Below are positions 16,627 through 24,780 of a DNA stretch of 32,846 nt, piece after piece (position 1 is the first letter of the stretch; every line of letters begins with the position of its first letter). The DNA is from an uncultured Acidimicrobiia bacterium (lineage in GTDB: Bacteria; Actinomycetota; Acidimicrobiia; Spongiisociales; UBA5794). The position numbers and the translations under genes were made by a program. The notes beneath the pieces are model-generated. The model saw only the letters and a program-made list of their open reading frames with translations. It was not told the origin of the DNA and did no database searches. The DNA lies in the NCBI GenBank assembly GCA_913031525.1, contig CAJWGC010000001.1, forward strand, positions 1 through 32,846, read 5' to 3'.

Positions 16627-17265
16627 TCACAAGGGCTTCTCCAAAAGAACTCCATAGACAAAACCCATAGCACCCATTCGCCATACCCTCTCAAGAGAAA
16701 GAGGAGATCCGCGATATATCTCTTCCGGCGGCGGCAACTTATCCAGACTGCGATGCAGGTACCAATATGCCCGCGGCGCGGCGCACAGAATCCCGACAGT
16801 TGGGAGGACTATCGCAGTACCCATTCGATGTAGTGACCTTTGAAACAAAGATAGAGGCCGACTCAAATCAACGATGCCAACACGCCCTCCTGGCCGTAAA
16901 ACACGAGCAATTTCATTCATTGTGTCCTGTATGGAAGTGAGATTTCGAAAAACATAGGCTGAGAAAACCGCATCAAAGCTTGCATCGCCAAACGGGAGAG
17001 TCTCTCCGATACCCGCGACGCGGTAGTGAGCACGATTAAGCGCGAGCATGCCCTGGGACGGATCTAGAGCGGTAATTCGACGTTGCCCAAATAGAGAATC
17101 AGCAGCTCCAGTGCCGGCGCCTAAGTCGAGAAGATCACCGTCTGGAAGACAATCGACAACCGCCTTTCGCCATACCTGGTCTCGTCCAAGCGATACGATT
17201 CGGTTAATTAAGTCATAGCGACGAGCAATTGGCGTGAAGATTCGATCCGCGTCAATTCGTTTCAC
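16627..17265 (-). CDS. Class I SAM-dependent methyltransferase, UbiE/MenG (demethylmenaquinone methyltransferase)-like
   Basis: The N-terminal FTPIARRYDLINRIVSLGRDQVWRK resembles UbiE/MenG. SAM motif I is LLDLGAGTGA. The start is GTG, with GGGAG upstream. Confidence 0.8.
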   Translation of the reverse strand: MKRIDADRIFTPIARRYDLINRIVSLGRDQVWRKAVVDCLPDGDLLDLGAGTGAADSLFGQRRITALDPSQGMLALNRAHYRVAGIGETLPFGDASFDAVFSAYVFRNLTSIQDTMNEIARVLRPGGRVGIVDLSRPLSLFQRSLHRMGTAIVLPTVGILCAAPRAYWYLHRSLDKLPPPEEIYRGSPLSLERVWRMGAMGFVYGVLLEKPL

Positions 17266-17301
17266 AGCGTCTCCCTCAAGATGCTGTCGTTCATTCCTAA
17301 C

Positions 17302-18552
17302 TCACGAAATCGAATCGAACCCGGCATAAGGACGTAGCACTTCCGGGACAGAGATGGTTCCGTCTCGCTGCTGGTGATTTTCAATAATGGCGGCAAGCCA
17401 TCGTCCGATCGCAACAGCGGTGCCATTGAGCGTATGGACTAACCGATTACCGTCATCCGTCCTATAACGAATTTTTAGTCGCCGAGCTTGGAAGTCGGTC
17501 GTGTTCGAAGTGGAAGTGATCTCGCGATACCGTTCCTGACCCGGAAACCAAGCCTCGATATCGAACTTCTTAGCCGCTGATCCACCGAGATCGCCGACCG
17601 CTACGTTAACGACGCGATACGGGATGCCCAGCGCTTGTACAAGATCCTCTTCCCTCGCGAGAAGGAAATCGTGTTCTTCTTCCGAAATATCGGGATTGCA
17701 AAACGAGAACATTTCGATCTTATCAAATTGGTGAACTCTAAAAATGCCTCTCGTATCTTTCCCATGAGCGCCGGCTTCGCGACGAAAACAGGTTGAAAAT
17801 CCAACATATCTGAGAGGTAACGCTTCGCCAGAAAGGATTTCGTTCATGTGCAGAGCTGCCAAAGACACTTCTGAGGTTCCAACTAGATAGAGATCGTCCT
17901 TCTCCACGGCGTAAACCTGCTGACGATCTGACGGAAAGAACCCGGTTCCGATCAACGCTTCTTCGCGTACCAATACTGGGGGAACAACTGGTTTAAAACC
18001 ATGAGGCTCCAGCTGGTCAAACGCAAACTGAACCAGAGCAAACTCAAGCCGAGCCAGATCACCGAGAAGATACCCAAAGCGCGTACCCGAAACACGGGCG
18101 GCCCGTTCAATATCGAGCACTCCAAGATCTAGCCCTAGATCCAAATGGTCCTTGGTGCCTTTCGGCGCAGATGGGTCTCCCCATCGAGATACCTCTATCG
18201 AATCTTCTTCAGTCATCCCGTCGGCAGCAGACTCGGCAACGAGATTCGGAAGTGTGATCCAGATATCTTGAAACTTCTGATCGAGACGATCAGTTTCTGC
18301 CAAAGCAGCTTTGTAATCATCAGCCAGCTGACTGGCCTCGGCTATGGCGTCTTCACGAGCAGAGCCTTCAAGTCTGGATATCGAATTTCCCATTTCCTTT
18401 TGTCGCCTTCGCATATCCTCAGCACTCGTCCGAGCGCGTCGCCTCCGTTGATCAAGGTCCGTCAGAGTCTCAAGATCAATATCTATTCCTCGACGCTCGC
18501 AAGACGCGGCGATGATTTCGGGAGATTCGCGCAACAGAGAAATGTCGATCAT
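17302..18552 (-). CDS. serS: Seryl-tRNA synthetase
   Basis: The N-terminal coiled-coil arm begins MIDISLLRESPEII. Class II motifs are present (FRVHQFDKIEMF, GTSEV, TLNGTAVAIGRWLAAIIENHQ). Length is 416 aa. Confidence 0.95.
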   Translation of the reverse strand: MIDISLLRESPEIIAASCERRGIDIDLETLTDLDQRRRRARTSAEDMRRRQKEMGNSISRLEGSAREDAIAEASQLADDYKAALAETDRLDQKFQDIWITLPNLVAESAADGMTEEDSIEVSRWGDPSAPKGTKDHLDLGLDLGVLDIERAARVSGTRFGYLLGDLARLEFALVQFAFDQLEPHGFKPVVPPVLVREEALIGTGFFPSDRQQVYAVEKDDLYLVGTSEVSLAALHMNEILSGEALPLRYVGFSTCFRREAGAHGKDTRGIFRVHQFDKIEMFSFCNPDISEEEHDFLLAREEDLVQALGIPYRVVNVAVGDLGGSAAKKFDIEAWFPGQERYREITSTSNTTDFQARRLKIRYRTDDGNRLVHTLNGTAVAIGRWLAAIIENHQQRDGTISVPEVLRPYAGFDSIS

Positions 18553-18563
18553 CGGTCTCGATG

Positions 18564-19010
18564 CTACTCACCGAGTGCCTGATCGATAGCCGCTTCCTCC
18601 TCTGGCGACAGAGGCTCAACACCGTACCGATCCTTTACCTGCTTCGTGAAAAACCTCGTTTCGTTTCTCCCCACGAGCAAACTTAGAACAATGCCGTCCC
18701 CGTTTTGATCCAGCAAAGCAACCGACCGTGAGAGATCTCCTGCAATGTCCCCGAAGGCATCGTATGCGATAACGCCAGTTCGACTTATCGCTGTTGGAAG
18801 AACCGCTTCGACGGCGTCCAGCCGAGGCAACATCTCAGATATGGTCTGGTCGATACGCCCCATTTCATTGTCAATTTTTCGCAATAGGTCCAGCAAATCC
18901 CTGTTCTCCGGAAGAGAAGAAAGTTTTGCTCGTACATTCAAGAGTTGTGTTGAAAACCACAAAACGATGATCAGCGTGACCGCAACCACAGCAAGGATCA
19001 GATAGTTCAT
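18564..19010 (-). CDS. DUF4446-like membrane-anchored protein
   Basis: It has a single N-terminal TM (NYLILAVVAVTLIIVLWF). The conserved-looking core YDAFGDIAGDLSRSVALLDQNGDGIVLSLLVGRNETRFFTKQV resembles DUF4446 from memory. An ATGA overlap links it to the upstream gene. Confidence 0.65.
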   Translation of the reverse strand: MNYLILAVVAVTLIIVLWFSTQLLNVRAKLSSLPENRDLLDLLRKIDNEMGRIDQTISEMLPRLDAVEAVLPTAISRTGVIAYDAFGDIAGDLSRSVALLDQNGDGIVLSLLVGRNETRFFTKQVKDRYGVEPLSPEEEAAIDQALGE

Positions 19011-20008
19011 GGTTGATTCCTTATGAAGTCCATTTCCCAGACGTTGTTTTCGGATACTGCATCGTCTTGAAGCCCAGCGACAACGCGTAACTCGTATCCT
19101 GTGCCTGGCTGCAGGACGATATCAACGAAAGACGCCACCGTAGCCTCACCAGGCTTAAGAGCTGCTACAACTTGTCGGCGTTCCTCGACTTCCACGCCAC
19201 CCACCTTGGACAAGAGCATGGTCACAGTAATGAACTCGGCAATGACATTTCCTTCGTTCGTTACGATGGCTTGGACTACAAAAGAATCCGAGTCCGGGAC
19301 GACTGGAACCCCGCCATTAGGGCTCAAGGGTTCAGGTTCAGTGGTAACAACAATCGAAACATCTCTGTTCTCTTCGAACCGAAGCATCGACCTCAACAGA
19401 TCCGCGACGAGTTCCGTTCTCCAAAGAGAATCGTGCTCTGATCCCACATAAGCCAGATCGGGATAGTCCGGAACTCGTAAATCATCATCGAGAGTCTCTA
19501 CGACTTCAAGAAAACTTGCATAGGCACGATCTCCGACTCGAAGATTCGAAAACGATTTCTCCAACAGGGCATCTCCCTGTCGACTTTCTTTGTCTCCGTC
19601 AATTATTTCGAGAACAGCGTCATCAAGAACAGCCAGAGCCTCTTCCCATGCTGTAACAGCCACAACAAAAAATCCGTTCGCTTCCCCTACAGCCGGCGTT
19701 ACCGTCGCTCCGCTAAGAGGCTGTTTAAGTTCCTGGAACTCAATCTCAAAGCCTTGAAGGCGATTAACGACATCAAAACGATCAAGATCTTCAAGATTCA
19801 CAAGAAGATCTTTCAGCGAACTGGCGATAACAATCTGACCGTCAGCAATCTCCTTGGCAATGGCCAGATAGTTCGTTGAATCTCGACGTTCGGTTCGATA
19901 TCGCGTCACAAGAGCGATTGTTCCAACCGTGGCAACCACTATCAGCAGTAACGCAGCAGCAAAACGGCGGCGAGAACGCCGTGGTACGGGTGCAGAAGAA
20001 TACGACAT
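19007..20008 (-). CDS. Membrane-anchored protein of unknown function with a C-terminal CARDB-like beta-sandwich segment
   Basis: The N-terminal RRSRRRFAAALLLIVVATVGTIALV is an Arg-rich segment plus TM. The C-terminal VTNEGNVIAEFITVTM..LKPGEATVASF..GYELRVVAG..VSENNV resembles the CARDB pattern. ATG 20008 is the only available start. Confidence 0.6.
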   Translation of the reverse strand: MSYSSAPVPRRSRRRFAAALLLIVVATVGTIALVTRYRTERRDSTNYLAIAKEIADGQIVIASSLKDLLVNLEDLDRFDVVNRLQGFEIEFQELKQPLSGATVTPAVGEANGFFVVAVTAWEEALAVLDDAVLEIIDGDKESRQGDALLEKSFSNLRVGDRAYASFLEVVETLDDDLRVPDYPDLAYVGSEHDSLWRTELVADLLRSMLRFEENRDVSIVVTTEPEPLSPNGGVPVVPDSDSFVVQAIVTNEGNVIAEFITVTMLLSKVGGVEVEERRQVVAALKPGEATVASFVDIVLQPGTGYELRVVAGLQDDAVSENNVWEMDFIRNQP

Positions 20009-20013
20009 GAGCG

Positions 20014-20097
<84 letters not shown>

Positions 20098-20169
20098 TGA
20101 GGGATCGCGATAGTACCAGCCCTCTGATTTCGCGACCTTAGATTGAAGGACTTAAATAAAAAAGATCCG

Positions 20170-20175
20170 TAAAAT
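20170..20175 (+). promoter_or_regulatory. Candidate -10 hexamer TAAAAT, 8 nt upstream of the fhaA GTG (leaderless-type start)
   Basis: A TANNNT hexamer lies at the spacing expected for a transcript starting at or next to the start codon. No SD lies between the hexamer and GTG 20184. Confidence 0.3.
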
Positions 20176-20183
20176 CGGTTCAC

Positions 20184-20849
20184 GTGAAAATTGCTCGTGA
20201 GCTCGAGCTCCGTCTCGAACGATTAGTTGACGGCCTATCTGCCACTCTGTTTCGAGGCTGCATGCATCCGGTAGATTTGGCTAACCGGTTGGTACGTTTC
20301 ATAGATCTGAACGTCACCAATGGGAAAGCCGGGCCGGAAATCGCTAATCAGTACACGGTCCGCATGAATCCATCTGAAATTGAACCGTCCGTCGATCTTG
20401 TCAATTTGGAATCGGAGCTGGCATCTGCAGTCACAGAAACGGCAGTCACGCACGGATGGCGAATTGGCGGTCCGATCAAGATCAAACTAAGTCTTGACCC
20501 TAAGGTGGCAACGGGTGGTATCAGATGCACAACGAAAGTTGCTCCCGGTCAACTATCCGCTTGGTGTCAGTTGATCAACAGCCGATCGGGAATCGTGCAC
20601 AATATCGGAGATAATCGCGTAATGATCGGCCGTGATATGGACGCAGATGTAAGAATCGACCACGCGAAGTTGTCGAGATGGCACTGCACTCTTTACCGAT
20701 TAGAAGAAAAAGTGTGGCTTCGCGACGTCGGGTCGTCGAACGGAACCTCTATCAATAGCATTCGATTGGATCCACAACGCGAGGCGCGCCTACAGACAGG
20801 AGACATCATCTCATTCGGGCCGGCTACCTTCTCATTCAGGATGCTTTAG
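20184..20849 (+). CDS. fhaA: FhaA-like protein (N-terminal DUF3662 domain plus C-terminal FHA domain), short form
   Basis: The N-terminus KIARELELRLERLVDGLSATLFRG..HPVDLANRL matches the FhaA N-domain pattern. The C-terminal FHA reads IGRDMDADVRIDHAKLSRWHCTL..LRDVGSSNGTSIN. The start is GTG. Confidence 0.85.
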   Translation: MKIARELELRLERLVDGLSATLFRGCMHPVDLANRLVRFIDLNVTNGKAGPEIANQYTVRMNPSEIEPSVDLVNLESELASAVTETAVTHGWRIGGPIKIKLSLDPKVATGGIRCTTKVAPGQLSAWCQLINSRSGIVHNIGDNRVMIGRDMDADVRIDHAKLSRWHCTLYRLEEKVWLRDVGSSNGTSINSIRLDPQREARLQTGDIISFGPATFSFRML

Positions 20850-20856
20850 GACTCTT

Positions 20857-21267
20857 ATGCCCGCGCTTTTCCTCAATTTACTGAAGATCATATTCCTGCT
20901 GTTGATCTACATCTTCCTTTGGCAAGTCGCGCGGTCGATGAGAAGCCATGTATCTCCAAATGCTCGTCGCTCAAACAAGACAGCCCGTGAAATAGCAGTA
21001 GTACGGTCGGAGACCCTCGCCGGAAGAAGGTTTTCGCTGGAACAACCCAAAGTAATAGGGCGAAGTTCGGACGCAGACATCATCATCGACGATTCCTATG
21101 CCTCTGAATTTCATTTACGCATCGGCTTCCAAGATGGCGAAGTGATTCTGAACGATCTGGGAAGCACCAACGGAACTTATTTGAACGGGCGGCGCGTTAG
21201 CGTACCAACGGCTATCTCAAGCAGTGATTCGATCCAGATCGGCAAAACTATCTTTGAGGTTCGATGA
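20857..21267 (+). CDS. fhaB: FhaB/FipA-like protein (N-terminal TM plus FHA domain)
   Basis: The TM is FLNLLKIIFLLLIYIFLWQV. The FHA domain reads IGRSSDADIIIDDSYASEFHLRI..LNDLGSTNGTYLNG. Confidence 0.85.
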   Translation: MPALFLNLLKIIFLLLIYIFLWQVARSMRSHVSPNARRSNKTAREIAVVRSETLAGRRFSLEQPKVIGRSSDADIIIDDSYASEFHLRIGFQDGEVILNDLGSTNGTYLNGRRVSVPTAISSSDSIQIGKTIFEVR

Positions 21268-21983
21268 ATTACACATGGGCAACCGCGTCGCATATTGGAC
21301 ATCTCCGCGATGGAAATGAAGATTCGGTCTCACCTGTAGATGACGGAACAGATACAGGACCAATATTAATTGCCGTCGCAGATGGTATGGGGGGACACGT
21401 TGCTGGTGAAGTAGCCAGCAGTCTAGCAATCCAAGCAGCAACGGATTCTGAGGTCGATATCGATACAGAGATCGGTCGACGAGTAGAGCTCGCGAACGAA
21501 GCAGTAATCAAAGCGGCGAATGCCGATACCGACCTCACCGGAATGGGAACTACGTTGACTATCGGCCTGTTCGAGACTGACGGCACTCTACAGATCGGCC
21601 ATGTGGGAGACAGCCGCCTATACCTGTTGCGAAATAACAAACTTGTTCAAGTCACTCAGGACCATACGTGGGTTGCAGGCATGATTGCCGATGGCCGACT
21701 AACTGATGATGCCGCTAGGAAACATCCTCAACGACATTTGCTTACACGCGTGCTGGGAATGCCCTCAGTTGAAGCCGACAGCGAAGAAATAAACCTCGAA
21801 GAAGGAGATCGCATCCTTATTTGCAGCGACGGGTTAACGACCATGCTAGGCGATACCTCTGTCGAGAGCATTGCCGCTAATGCCAAAACACCGTCAGATG
21901 CTGCTTGGTCCCTAATCGAAGCTGCAAACGCGGCCGGGGGTTACGACAACACAACCGTGGCGGTGGTGGACGTCGCCTCATGA
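21264..21983 (+). CDS. pstP: PP2C-family Ser/Thr phosphatase (PstP-like), catalytic domain only
   Basis: PP2C motifs are RDGNEDS, VADGMGGH, GMGTT, GDSR and CSDGL..DN(T)T. ATGA overlaps occur at both ends. At 239 aa it has no TM segment. Confidence 0.9.
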   Translation: MNYTWATASHIGHLRDGNEDSVSPVDDGTDTGPILIAVADGMGGHVAGEVASSLAIQAATDSEVDIDTEIGRRVELANEAVIKAANADTDLTGMGTTLTIGLFETDGTLQIGHVGDSRLYLLRNNKLVQVTQDHTWVAGMIADGRLTDDAARKHPQRHLLTRVLGMPSVEADSEEINLEEGDRILICSDGLTTMLGDTSVESIAANAKTPSDAAWSLIEAANAAGGYDNTTVAVVDVAS

Positions 21984-23269
21984 CGCGAAGCGCTGAGGCG
22001 GCACTCCTCATCGCGACCGTTGTCGTCGCAGGAATGGGAGTTGCGCTAGTCAACTTCGCATCTGGCGGTGGACTTGACGCACAAGTTGCATTGACATTGT
22101 TGGTTTTCAGCATTGCCATCGGCGCAATACATATGGCCGTTCGACGCTGGGCTCCCCATGCCAACCCCTTCATCTTTCCTCTGGCGATGTTTCTAACAGC
22201 GATTGGTTTCATCGAAATCTACCGACTCGACTCTCGTCTCGTTTCAATACAACGCTGGTCTTTACTCGTTGGTGCTGCCGCTTCGGTCGCATTGCTGTAT
22301 GCACTTAGAGATGACGGTGTAGCGCTACTTCGGAGATTCCGTTACCTCTTCCTTTTCGCTGCTGTCCTATTACTGCTTCTCCCGCTACTTCCATCTGGAT
22401 GGCCGCTACACGGCATTGAGGTAAACGGCTCGCGTCTATGGGTCAAGTTAGAAATTGGGAATCGATATGCAAGCTTTCAGCCCGGAGAAGTAGCCAAGGT
22501 CTTATTAATTGTGTTCCTGGCCTCTTATCTCGCCGAACGGCATATAGCAATGGCCATCGTTCAACGTAAATTAGGACGACTCAGCATTCCAGAACCGCGC
22601 CAACTCGGCCCCGTTATCATCGCAGCAGGCGCCAGTTTCGTCATCCTCGTGTATCAGCGCGATCTCGGTGCCGCCTTACTACTTTTCACAATGTTCGTCG
22701 GCATGACCTACCTCGCCACTTCTCGAATGGTTTACCCCTTAGCGGGTTCCGTTCTAGGTCTTGCAGGCGGTTTGGCCGCTTATCGCTTTTTCGATCACGT
22801 GCAGGTGCGGTTTCACTCGTGGTTAAACCCCTGGGACGACTTTGCCGGATCAGGCTTTCAGATCATTCAAGGATTATTTGCGATAGGTAGTGGGAGCCTG
22901 ACAGGGGCGGGACTTGGAAGTGGCCGTCCCGATCTCATCCCAGCAGCAGAAACAGATTTCATCTTCGCCGCCGTGGCCGAAGAACTTGGATTCGGCGGAG
23001 CAGTGGGGATAATCACAGCCTATGCCTTGCTTGCTGCTCTCGGATTCGGGATCGCACTACGGGCCCGAGAAGTATTCCTGAAGATCCTCGCAGCAGGACT
23101 CATCCTCGTCGTCACAATGCAAGCAATTCTTATTCTCGCCGGTATTTTGAGGCTGCTTCCAGTGACCGGAATAACCCTCCCTTTCATGTCCTACGGAGGG
23201 TCATCACTCGTAGCAAACATATTGCTCTTAACGCTATTGGCACGCGTATCGCATGAGGTACGACCATGA
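21980..23269 (+). CDS. rodA: FtsW/RodA/SpoVE (SEDS) family peptidoglycan polymerase
   Basis: It is a multi-TM protein with conserved SEDS blocks: QPGEVAKVLLIVFLA, TDFIFAAVAEELGFGG and ITLPFMSYGGSSL. The start at ATG 21980 overlaps the pstP stop. ORF-track 21905 is an upstream extension. Confidence 0.9.
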   Translation: MTRSAEAALLIATVVVAGMGVALVNFASGGGLDAQVALTLLVFSIAIGAIHMAVRRWAPHANPFIFPLAMFLTAIGFIEIYRLDSRLVSIQRWSLLVGAAASVALLYALRDDGVALLRRFRYLFLFAAVLLLLLPLLPSGWPLHGIEVNGSRLWVKLEIGNRYASFQPGEVAKVLLIVFLASYLAERHIAMAIVQRKLGRLSIPEPRQLGPVIIAAGASFVILVYQRDLGAALLLFTMFVGMTYLATSRMVYPLAGSVLGLAGGLAAYRFFDHVQVRFHSWLNPWDDFAGSGFQIIQGLFAIGSGSLTGAGLGSGRPDLIPAAETDFIFAAVAEELGFGGAVGIITAYALLAALGFGIALRAREVFLKILAAGLILVVTMQAILILAGILRLLPVTGITLPFMSYGGSSLVANILLLTLLARVSHEVRP

Positions 23270-24723
23270 ACGGACCAATCCGGCGTATCGCTCTATCCAT
23301 CTTTGTGTTATTCGGTTTGTTGTTGTCTGCAGTCACCTATTTTCAAATCGTCGTAGGTCCTGACTATCGAGATAACCCTCGCAATCTCAGAGTGATCGCT
23401 GGAAAGGCCGGGAAGGAACGAGGAATAATCGTCACGATTGACGGAACAGTGATCGCTAGATCTGTCAGCAACCCTGACGATTCGCGAGTCTTTCGTAGAT
23501 CGTATCCGGAAGAAAATCTGTACTCCCATGCTGTCGGCTATGCAACATTGCTCTTTGGAGAATCGGGACTTGAGGAAACCCAGGCAGATGTTCTTGTCTC
23601 AGACAGGGACTCCACTATCTCAGGAGTCATTCAGGCACTGCTCGGCAAGAACATCAGGCCCGAAGGAATCGTTCTCACCATAAATCATCGACTGCAGAAA
23701 GCAGCATACGAGGCGATTGATGGCCATACCGGAGCAATAGTTGCCATCGATCCAACAACAGGGGCCATTCTGGCTATGGTTTCAAAGCCCGACTTCAATC
23801 CAAATCTTCTGCTTGGAACATCCGCAGGTTCCTATGGTGACGAACTCGCTGCTCGGCCCGACCGCCCTCTTCTGAATCGCGCTATTCGGGAGGTTTACGC
23901 ACCCGGCTCAACATTTAAGGTGATCACCGCGGCAGCGGCCCTTGAAAACGGCACCGTTGGTCCTGGTACTACATTCCCAAACCCGGTACATCTAAATTTA
24001 CCTGGAACCTCCGCAACGATAAGAAATTTCGGGCGTAGCCGCTGTGGATCCGAAGCAACCATCAGTCTTAACGAAGCAATGTCCCTTTCGTGTAACACGA
24101 CGTTCGGAATGATCGGATTAGAAATAGGCGCTGGCCAATTAACTGCTATGGCCAGTGCGTTTGGTTTCGGACTCAAAATCCCCTTTGACTTGACCACAGC
24201 AGAATCGTCTATTCCTACAATCGCTGCGTTCGAAAATGACCTACCCGCGGTAGCTCAGAGCGCTATTGGCCAAAGAGATGTCCGAGCAACACCTATCCAA
24301 ATGGCTCTCGTCGCTGCAGCGGTGGCCAACGATGGTTGGATCATGTCGCCATACCTAACCGAAAAAATATTCGACTCATCCGGAGAAGTCACAAGACATA
24401 CCACACCGATCGAATGGCGAAGGGCTGTGAGCCCATCGACAGCGGAAGCGCTAAGCGGATTCATGGAGTCGACAATCACCTCCGGTACTGGGAACCAGGC
24501 TGCAGTACCGGGAATCCGAATCGCCGGCAAGACCGGCACTGCAGAGGTACCTGGCGCCTCACCAAATGCGTGGTTCATTGGTTTCGGTCCTGTCCAAGCA
24601 ACAACCGGAACAGCCAAAATAGCGATAGCAGTAATGATCGAAGACATCGAAAAAGGAGGAACCGGAGGCACCGTGGCAGCACCCATCGCGCGAGAAGTAC
24701 TAGAGGCATTCTTCAGCGATTGA
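23266..24723 (+). CDS. pbpA: Class B penicillin-binding protein (PbpA-type transpeptidase)
   Basis: There is an N-terminal TM. Transpeptidase motifs are STFK (PGSTFKV), SCN (SLSCNTT) and KTGT (AGKTGTAE). An ATGA overlap links it to rodA. Confidence 0.9.
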   Translation: MNGPIRRIALSIFVLFGLLLSAVTYFQIVVGPDYRDNPRNLRVIAGKAGKERGIIVTIDGTVIARSVSNPDDSRVFRRSYPEENLYSHAVGYATLLFGESGLEETQADVLVSDRDSTISGVIQALLGKNIRPEGIVLTINHRLQKAAYEAIDGHTGAIVAIDPTTGAILAMVSKPDFNPNLLLGTSAGSYGDELAARPDRPLLNRAIREVYAPGSTFKVITAAAALENGTVGPGTTFPNPVHLNLPGTSATIRNFGRSRCGSEATISLNEAMSLSCNTTFGMIGLEIGAGQLTAMASAFGFGLKIPFDLTTAESSIPTIAAFENDLPAVAQSAIGQRDVRATPIQMALVAAAVANDGWIMSPYLTEKIFDSSGEVTRHTTPIEWRRAVSPSTAEALSGFMESTITSGTGNQAAVPGIRIAGKTGTAEVPGASPNAWFIGFGPVQATTGTAKIAIAVMIEDIEKGGTGGTVAAPIAREVLEAFFSD

Positions 24724-24780
24724 CCGACGAACGATACGCCGAATGGGAACCGGAAAGAGGTCTGGACTCGTTCTACCGCG

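Noticed and set aside
16300-16670. ORFs 16300-16605 (minus, 101 aa) and 16467-16670 (plus, 67 aa) in the GC-rich stretch
   Set aside because: They lie on top of the SRP RNA. The translations are Pro/Arg/Gly/Ala-rich low-complexity strings produced by the GC-rich structured RNA, and no SD or family motifs are present.
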